Shown here: positions 7,022 to 11,701 of the stretch, piece by piece
Numbering within the stretch: position 1 is the first letter of the stretch
Layout of the letters: each line of letters starts with the position of its first letter
DNA from: a virus
UHGV virus genome: UHGV-0118682
Reading direction: 5' to 3' (one strand)
Length of the DNA: 11,701 nucleotides
Notes under the pieces: model-generated
Seen by the model: only the letters and a program-made list of their open reading frames with translations
Database searches by the model: none
Told to the model about the DNA's origin: nothing
Program-made: the position numbers and the translations under genes

Positions 7022-7771
7022 TTAACCGGCGGTTTTTGCCGCCTTTGGTGGACGCCCGCGCTTTGCTGCCGGTTTGCTGGCAGGTTTGCGCGTGCGCGGT
7101 TTAGTCGTTTTACGGAGTGCGGTCTCTGGCTTTGGCTTCAATGCCCGTTCCAGTCGCTCAATCTCCTTGCGCACACCGGCATTGCGGTCGAGCTGCATCG
7201 CGCGCTGAAACTGCGCCAGCGCCTCTGCATTCATACCGACATCACGCAGGGTCAGGCCTGTCACCTTATGCAGACGGGCGCGCACCATGTCGGGAACGTC
7301 AGCACCGTCGGTCAGGTCGATAGTGGTCTGCAGCCAGGAAAGGTCGACAGACTCACCGGCATCGCGCAGACGCTGCGCGGCAAGCGCCACCTCCTCAACC
7401 AGCATGTAAGGTGTTGTGCGGCGATGGTCAGAGGTGAGGCCGTATTTCAGCGCGTAGGGGGCAATTTCCAGCGCGCCAGCGATATCACCGGCATCGAGAC
7501 GCCACAGCATGACAGTCATGACAATGTCATCCTGCGCACCACGGCCATCAGCCAGCACACCGGCGACCCACGGCGCATAGAACGGCAACAGCTCGCGCTT
7601 TTTCGCGGCTTTCAGTTCGTTTGAACGGATGGTTTTTAACGTGCGACGGTCATCGGCCAGCTTTACCAGCATCTGCTCGTAGGCGGTTGCATGGCGCAGC
7701 GGGGCTTGTTCCCGCTGCGCGGCTTGAGAGGCCGAGACCCGCATCATGTGACGCTGTGCGGGGCTCGTCAT
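7022..7771 (-). CDS. M: Terminase small (endonuclease) subunit M (249 aa)
   Basis: ORF track 7022..7771; positioned between N and L as in P2; basic Lys/Arg-rich C-terminal tail; GGAG Shine-Dalgarno upstream; length close to P2 gpM (about 247 aa). Confidence 0.85.
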   Translation of the reverse strand: MTSPAQRHMMRVSASQAAQREQAPLRHATAYEQMLVKLADDRRTLKTIRSNELKAAKKRELLPFYAPWVAGVLADGRGAQDDIVMTVMLWRLDAGDIAGALEIAPYALKYGLTSDHRRTTPYMLVEEVALAAQRLRDAGESVDLSWLQTTIDLTDGADVPDMVRARLHKVTGLTLRDVGMNAEALAQFQRAMQLDRNAGVRKEIERLERALKPKPETALRKTTKPRTRKPASKPAAKRGRPPKAAKTAG

Positions 7772-7774
7772 GGT

Positions 7775-8842
7775 TTAGGCTCCGCTTTCCGGTGCTGCAG
7801 GTGCGGTGAAATCGCCCAGGGTGATGTTTTCCAGCAGGCACCCGGCGGCATACGCCTCGACCACATAGTCGATATTCATCGACTCGTAGTTTTCCACGCG
7901 GTCTTTTTTCGGGTTTTCATCAATGCTGCGGCGGTGGCTCTCATCCATGAAATAGATAGAGAGGTTTTCCAGTGTGGTCACTAACACGGCATTCGCCGGG
8001 AAGTACGGCACACGCACAGCAGGCAGGTTGCCGATTCGCTTCTGGCTGATGATGATATCTGCCGCAAGCGCCTCGCTGTTTTCCTGCGGCTTGTTCACCA
8101 GCGGGAAATATTTGTCGGCCAGCAGCTTACGGCCAACGATGGCAACGAGTTTCGGGTCATCCTGATAAACCTCGTCAATCAGGTTGTTGGTCGCATCCAT
8201 CACCAGCGCGTCGAGGTTCTCATAGTCGCCGTTTCGACCGACACGAATCACTGCCGAAACGACCTTACCGTCAGCATCGGTGATATTGCTCATCACACGC
8301 GTCGGGGCTTCATTGCGGTATTTCTGCAGCCAGCCGACGGCCACATCCTGCAGCATCGGATTTTTGGTGCGGTCAGAGGTGGCGGCACGGGTGGTACCGT
8401 TAAAACCGGCCATGATGAAATCGAGCGCCTGACGCTTGACAATGGCGTCGCGGATGCGGCGCTGGAAGTCCTGAAAACGCGCCCACAGGTCGAGGGTTTT
8501 ATATTTCAGATGGAAGTCAAAGTTAATCTGGTCGCACTCGTACTTGTTGGACTCAAGCGCGGTGAAGTCTGCGGTCTTACGCTCATCATCGCCCGAGGTG
8601 TCGGTCGTGCTGGCGATAGTACCGGTCACACCGACGCCGATTTTCTCACCCTTCATTTCTGCGACCGGCAGAATGTTAATCGTCTGCAGAAACGCGGACG
8701 ACTCCTGCACTTTGTTCATCAGCGTTTGCGTGACGGACGGCTCGACAGTGAATTTTTTACTGACATCATCAGTGCTGATGCCGTTCAGCTCAGCGACGCG
8801 GGTCAGATAGGCATTGAACTTAAAACGGGTTTCCGGGCGCAT
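7775..8842 (-). CDS. N: Major capsid protein N (355 aa)
   Basis: ORF track 7775..8842; N-terminus MRPETRFKFNAYLTRVAELNGI resembles P2 gpN as recalled; AGGAAA Shine-Dalgarno upstream; lies between O and M. Confidence 0.9.
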   Translation of the reverse strand: MRPETRFKFNAYLTRVAELNGISTDDVSKKFTVEPSVTQTLMNKVQESSAFLQTINILPVAEMKGEKIGVGVTGTIASTTDTSGDDERKTADFTALESNKYECDQINFDFHLKYKTLDLWARFQDFQRRIRDAIVKRQALDFIMAGFNGTTRAATSDRTKNPMLQDVAVGWLQKYRNEAPTRVMSNITDADGKVVSAVIRVGRNGDYENLDALVMDATNNLIDEVYQDDPKLVAIVGRKLLADKYFPLVNKPQENSEALAADIIISQKRIGNLPAVRVPYFPANAVLVTTLENLSIYFMDESHRRSIDENPKKDRVENYESMNIDYVVEAYAAGCLLENITLGDFTAPAAPESGA

Positions 8843-8918
8843 AGTATTTCCTGTTTGAAATTATCGGTTAGTCACTGCATCGGGCGGGGTTGCCGCCCGG
8901 GTTCTGGTTTGCGGCTTA

Positions 8919-9773
8919 TCAGCAGTCGGTCAGCAGCTCATCGCCACCGCCGCCGCTGGCTTTCGTGCGTCGCGGCTGGCTGAAACTTTCGGTTTTATCG
9001 AGGGTGGTTTTCAGGTCGGAAAATGCCTGGCTGGTTTCTTCAACCTTGCCGGTCAGTTCCTGTTTAAAGGTGGCAAATGCGGTTTCCATATCGGAAAGGC
9101 GCTTATCCTGCGTAGTGAGGTTGGTCTGCACATGCTCGCTGACGGCGGTCACCGCTTCATGCACATCATTCATGCGCGCATCGTCGCTGACCTGTTTACG
9201 GCTGAAAATGGCTTTCACCTTATCAGTCAGGGCGGTAAATACCGTTTCCGGCTGGTCTTCAAACTCAAGCTCCGCAAGCGTTGCCGCTGAAATCAGGTTT
9301 TCAGGGTTAGCCTTAAAGCGGTTAAGCGGGTTGTTTTTTGCATTGCGACAGAATTCGAGGTATTCGGTGCCGAGGCTTGCCGGGTCATCGGTCACAGCCA
9401 GACCAACGAGATAGCATTTGCCGGTATTGGCAAAATTCGGCTGAATTTCCATTGAGGTGTAGACCTTCTGCAATTTTTTATTCATTGCAATCAGGTCATC
9501 GGTCGGGGTGATTTTAGCGAACAACGCCCATTTGCCGTTAAGCGCAGAGTCGTCATCAATCTTCTCGGCTTTCAGCTCAACCACATCACCCAGGCGCTTA
9601 AAGTCGCCGTCAGGGAAAAGACCGCGAATATGCTCAAGATTGATGCGGCAACCGTAGACGCGCGGGTCAAACGTGTCGGCCATTTCCTGAATATCACTGG
9701 CGCTGATAATGCGCCCGTCGCAGGTATCACCCTCGACGCCGATACGAAAGAATTTTGAGACTTTTTTTGCCAT
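8919..9773 (-). CDS. O: Capsid scaffolding protein O (284 aa)
   Basis: ORF track 8919..9773; 284 aa equals P2 gpO length; N-terminus MAKKVSKFFRIGVEGDTCDGR; AGGA Shine-Dalgarno upstream; first gene of the capsid operon, divergent from P. Confidence 0.9.
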   Translation of the reverse strand: MAKKVSKFFRIGVEGDTCDGRIISASDIQEMADTFDPRVYGCRINLEHIRGLFPDGDFKRLGDVVELKAEKIDDDSALNGKWALFAKITPTDDLIAMNKKLQKVYTSMEIQPNFANTGKCYLVGLAVTDDPASLGTEYLEFCRNAKNNPLNRFKANPENLISAATLAELEFEDQPETVFTALTDKVKAIFSRKQVSDDARMNDVHEAVTAVSEHVQTNLTTQDKRLSDMETAFATFKQELTGKVEETSQAFSDLKTTLDKTESFSQPRRTKASGGGGDELLTDC

Positions 9774-9938
9774 TGTCAGGAGTCCTGAGGTTAGGGTTAC
9801 TGGTCAACGCCAGTTTCCAGACTCAGGGCACGCCAGACCACTAACGACGGCTGGACAATCGCCCACACAACAGCACCTTAGCGAATCACTGACGGCCATT
9901 AAGTAGCCTTGCCCTGAATCCACTACGGCGAGGCATCA
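9774..9938. promoter_or_regulatory. Divergent late promoter region between O (minus) and P (plus); contains a TGG-N12-ACA half-consensus dyad at 9852-9869
   Basis: A 165-bp gap between divergent start codons, where P2 has its P_O and P_P late promoters. The dyad centre (about 9860) is roughly equidistant from the two ATGs. No canonical sigma70 hexamers recognised. Confidence 0.4.
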
Positions 9939-11701
9939 ATGACCATTTCCACCGATACAACCTTGTTGCATGACCCGCGACGACAGGCATCGCTGCTTTA
10001 CTGGCAGGGCTTTTCCGTGCCACAGATTGCCGAAATGCTGCAGGTCAAGCGCCCGACCGTGCAGAGCTGGAAGCAGCGCGACGGCTGGGACGGCATCGCA
10101 CCGATTTCCCGCGTTGAAAGCAGCCTTGAGGCGCGCCTGATTCAGCTCATCGCGAAACCACAGAAGACGGGCTGTGATTTCAAAGAGATTGACCTGCTCG
10201 GGCGGCAGATTGAGCGGCTGGCGCGCGTCAACCGCTACAGCCAGACCGGCAACGAAGCCGACCTTAACCCCAACGTCGCCAACCGCAACAAAGGGGAGCG
10301 CAAAAAGCCGAAAAAGAATTTTTTCAGCGACGAGGCTATCGAGAAACTGGAGGAATTATTTTTCGACCAGTCTTTCGAGTACCAGTTGCAGTGGTACCGC
10401 GCAGGACTGGAGCACCGTATTCGTGACATTCTCAAATCCCGCCAGATTGGTGCGACGTTCTATTTCTCCCGCGAGGCGCTGCTGCGCGCGCTCAAAACAG
10501 GCCATAACCAGATATTTTTATCAGCCAGTAAAACGCAGGCTTACGTGTTTCGCGAATACATCATCCAGTTTGCACGACTGGTCGACGTTGACTTGACCGG
10601 CGACCCGATTGCCATCGGTAACAACGGCGCAAAACTGATTTTTCTCGGTACCAATTCCAACACCGCGCAGAGCCATAACGGCGACCTGTATGTCGATGAA
10701 ATATTCTGGATCCCGAACTTTCAGAAACTGCGCAAAGTCGCCTCGGGCATGGCTTCGCAGAAGCACCTGCGCTCGACCTACTTTTCGACACCCTCAACAC
10801 TGGCGCACGGGGCTTACCCCTTCTGGTCTGGTGAGCTGTTCAACAAGGGGCGCGCCAGTGCCGCTGACCGCATCGAAATCGACATCAGTCACCGCGCGCT
10901 CGCCGGTGGTCAGCTCTGCGACGATGGCCAGTGGCGGCAGATTGTCACCATTGAGGATGCCCTTGCCGGGGGCTGCACCCTGTTCGACCTCGACCAGCTC
11001 AAACGAGAAAACAGTGATGATGATTTTAAAAACCTGTTTATGTGCGAGTTTGTCGACGATAAAGCATCGGTATTCCCGTTCGAGGAGCTGCAGCGCTGCA
11101 TGGTCGATGTGATGGAAGAATGGGAGGACTTTGCCCCGTTCGCCGACCATCCTTTCGGTTCTCGCCCGGTCTGGATTGGCTACGACCCGTCGCACACTGG
11201 CGACAGTGCCGGGTGCGTCGTGCTCGCACCGCCGGTGGTCTCGGGTAGCAAGTTCCGCATGCTGGAGCGCCACCAATGGAAAGGCATGGACTTTGCCGCG
11301 CAGGCAGAGGGCATCCGCAAGCTGACCGAGAAATACAACGTCGAATACATCGGCATTGACGCAACCGGCCTCGGCCTCGGCGTGTTCCAGTTGGTGCGCT
11401 CATTCTACCCGGCAGCACGCGGCATCCGTTACACACCTGAAATGAAAACCGCAATGGTGCTCAAGGCAAAAGACACCATTCGCCGTGGCTGTCTGGAGTA
11501 CGACGCAGGGGCAACCGACGTCACGCAGTCGTTTATGTCGATTCGCAAAACCATGACCAGCAGCGGGCGCAGCGCCACCTACGAGGCCAGCCGCACCGAG
11601 GAAGCCAGTCACGCCGATATCGCATGGGCGACCATGCACGCCCTGTTAAACGAACCGCTTTCTGCCGGTAGCGGCATGCAGCCTAAATCTATTCTGGAGT
11701 T
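9939..11701 (+). CDS. P: Terminase large (ATPase) subunit P, 3' end truncated by the window (587 codons visible)
   Basis: Open frame from the ATG at 9939 to the window end with no stop (so absent from the ORF track). My translation MTISTDTTLLHDPRRQASLLYWQGFSVPQIAEMLQVKRPTVQSWKQRDGWDGIAP... resembles P2 gpP as recalled (P2 gpP is about 590 aa). Confidence 0.88.
   Translation, partial: MTISTDTTLLHDPRRQASLLYWQGFSVPQIAEMLQVKRPTVQSWKQRDGWDGIAPISRVESSLEARLIQLIAKPQKTGCDFKEIDLLGRQIERLARVNRYSQTGNEADLNPNVANRNKGERKKPKKNFFSDEAIEKLEELFFDQSFEYQLQWYRAGLEHRIRDILKSRQIGATFYFSREALLRALKTGHNQIFLSASKTQAYVFREYIIQFARLVDVDLTGDPIAIGNNGAKLIFLGTNSNTAQSHNGDLYVDEIFWIPNFQKLRKVASGMASQKHLRSTYFSTPSTLAHGAYPFWSGELFNKGRASAADRIEIDISHRALAGGQLCDDGQWRQIVTIEDALAGGCTLFDLDQLKRENSDDDFKNLFMCEFVDDKASVFPFEELQRCMVDVMEEWEDFAPFADHPFGSRPVWIGYDPSHTGDSAGCVVLAPPVVSGSKFRMLERHQWKGMDFAAQAEGIRKLTEKYNVEYIGIDATGLGLGVFQLVRSFYPAARGIRYTPEMKTAMVLKAKDTIRRGCLEYDAGATDVTQSFMSIRKTMTSSGRSATYEASRTEEASHADIAWATMHALLNEPLSAGSGMQPKSILE

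Larger units (their letters stand above)
1..11701. mobile_element. Segment of a P2-like prophage late region (tail fibre/baseplate, tail completion, lysis, head and terminase genes); both prophage ends lie outside the window
   Basis: Colinear P2 gene order H-I-J-W-V-S-R-lysC-lysB-K-Y-X-L-M-N-O on the minus strand with divergent P on the plus strand; tight gene packing with ATGA-type overlaps typical of phage late operons. Confidence 0.9.

Noticed and set aside
6611-7624. 337-aa plus-strand ORF
   Set aside because: Antisense to genes L and M, which have strong P2 matches and good ribosome-binding sites; composition is Arg/Gly/Cys/His-rich low complexity.
9939-11701. Alternative-frame ORFs over the P gene (10174..10596 +, 10690..11112 +, 10794..11276 -, 11038..11454 -, among others)
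   Set aside because: They overlap the continuous open frame of large terminase P and have Arg/Ser/Cys-rich compositions typical of off-frame GC-rich translations.
1-11701. tRNA, rRNA, CRISPR array or integrase/attachment site
   Set aside because: No regularly spaced direct repeats, no cloverleaf-like conserved tRNA motifs and no integrase ORF; the window is entirely late-gene territory.

Overview
This window is the late (morphogenesis and lysis) region of a P2-like (Peduovirus-type) prophage from an enterobacterial host, presented in reverse orientation relative to the usual P2 map. The minus strand carries, from high to low coordinate, O (scaffold), N (major capsid), M (small terminase), L (head completion), X, Y (holin), K (endolysin), lysB/lysC (spanins), R, S (tail completion), then V, W, J, I (baseplate) and the start of tail fibre gene H, which runs off the left edge. 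The plus strand carries the large terminase gene P, diverging from O and running off the right edge. Gene order, protein N-termini and several exact lengths match my memory of P2 (O 284 aa, J 302, W 115, K 165, S 150, R 155, X 67, LysC 96); this is recollection, not a database search. The one clear anomaly is an AT-rich island of about 1.1 kb (about 2897-4004) between S and V. It holds a single 287-aa ORF on the opposite strand with its own ribosome-binding site and a terminator-like hairpin. This is a classic moron/accessory cargo and my best candidate for an uncharacterised single-gene anti-phage or superinfection-exclusion function; I cannot assign it to a family from sequence alone. No tRNA, rRNA, CRISPR array, transposase or integrase was seen.
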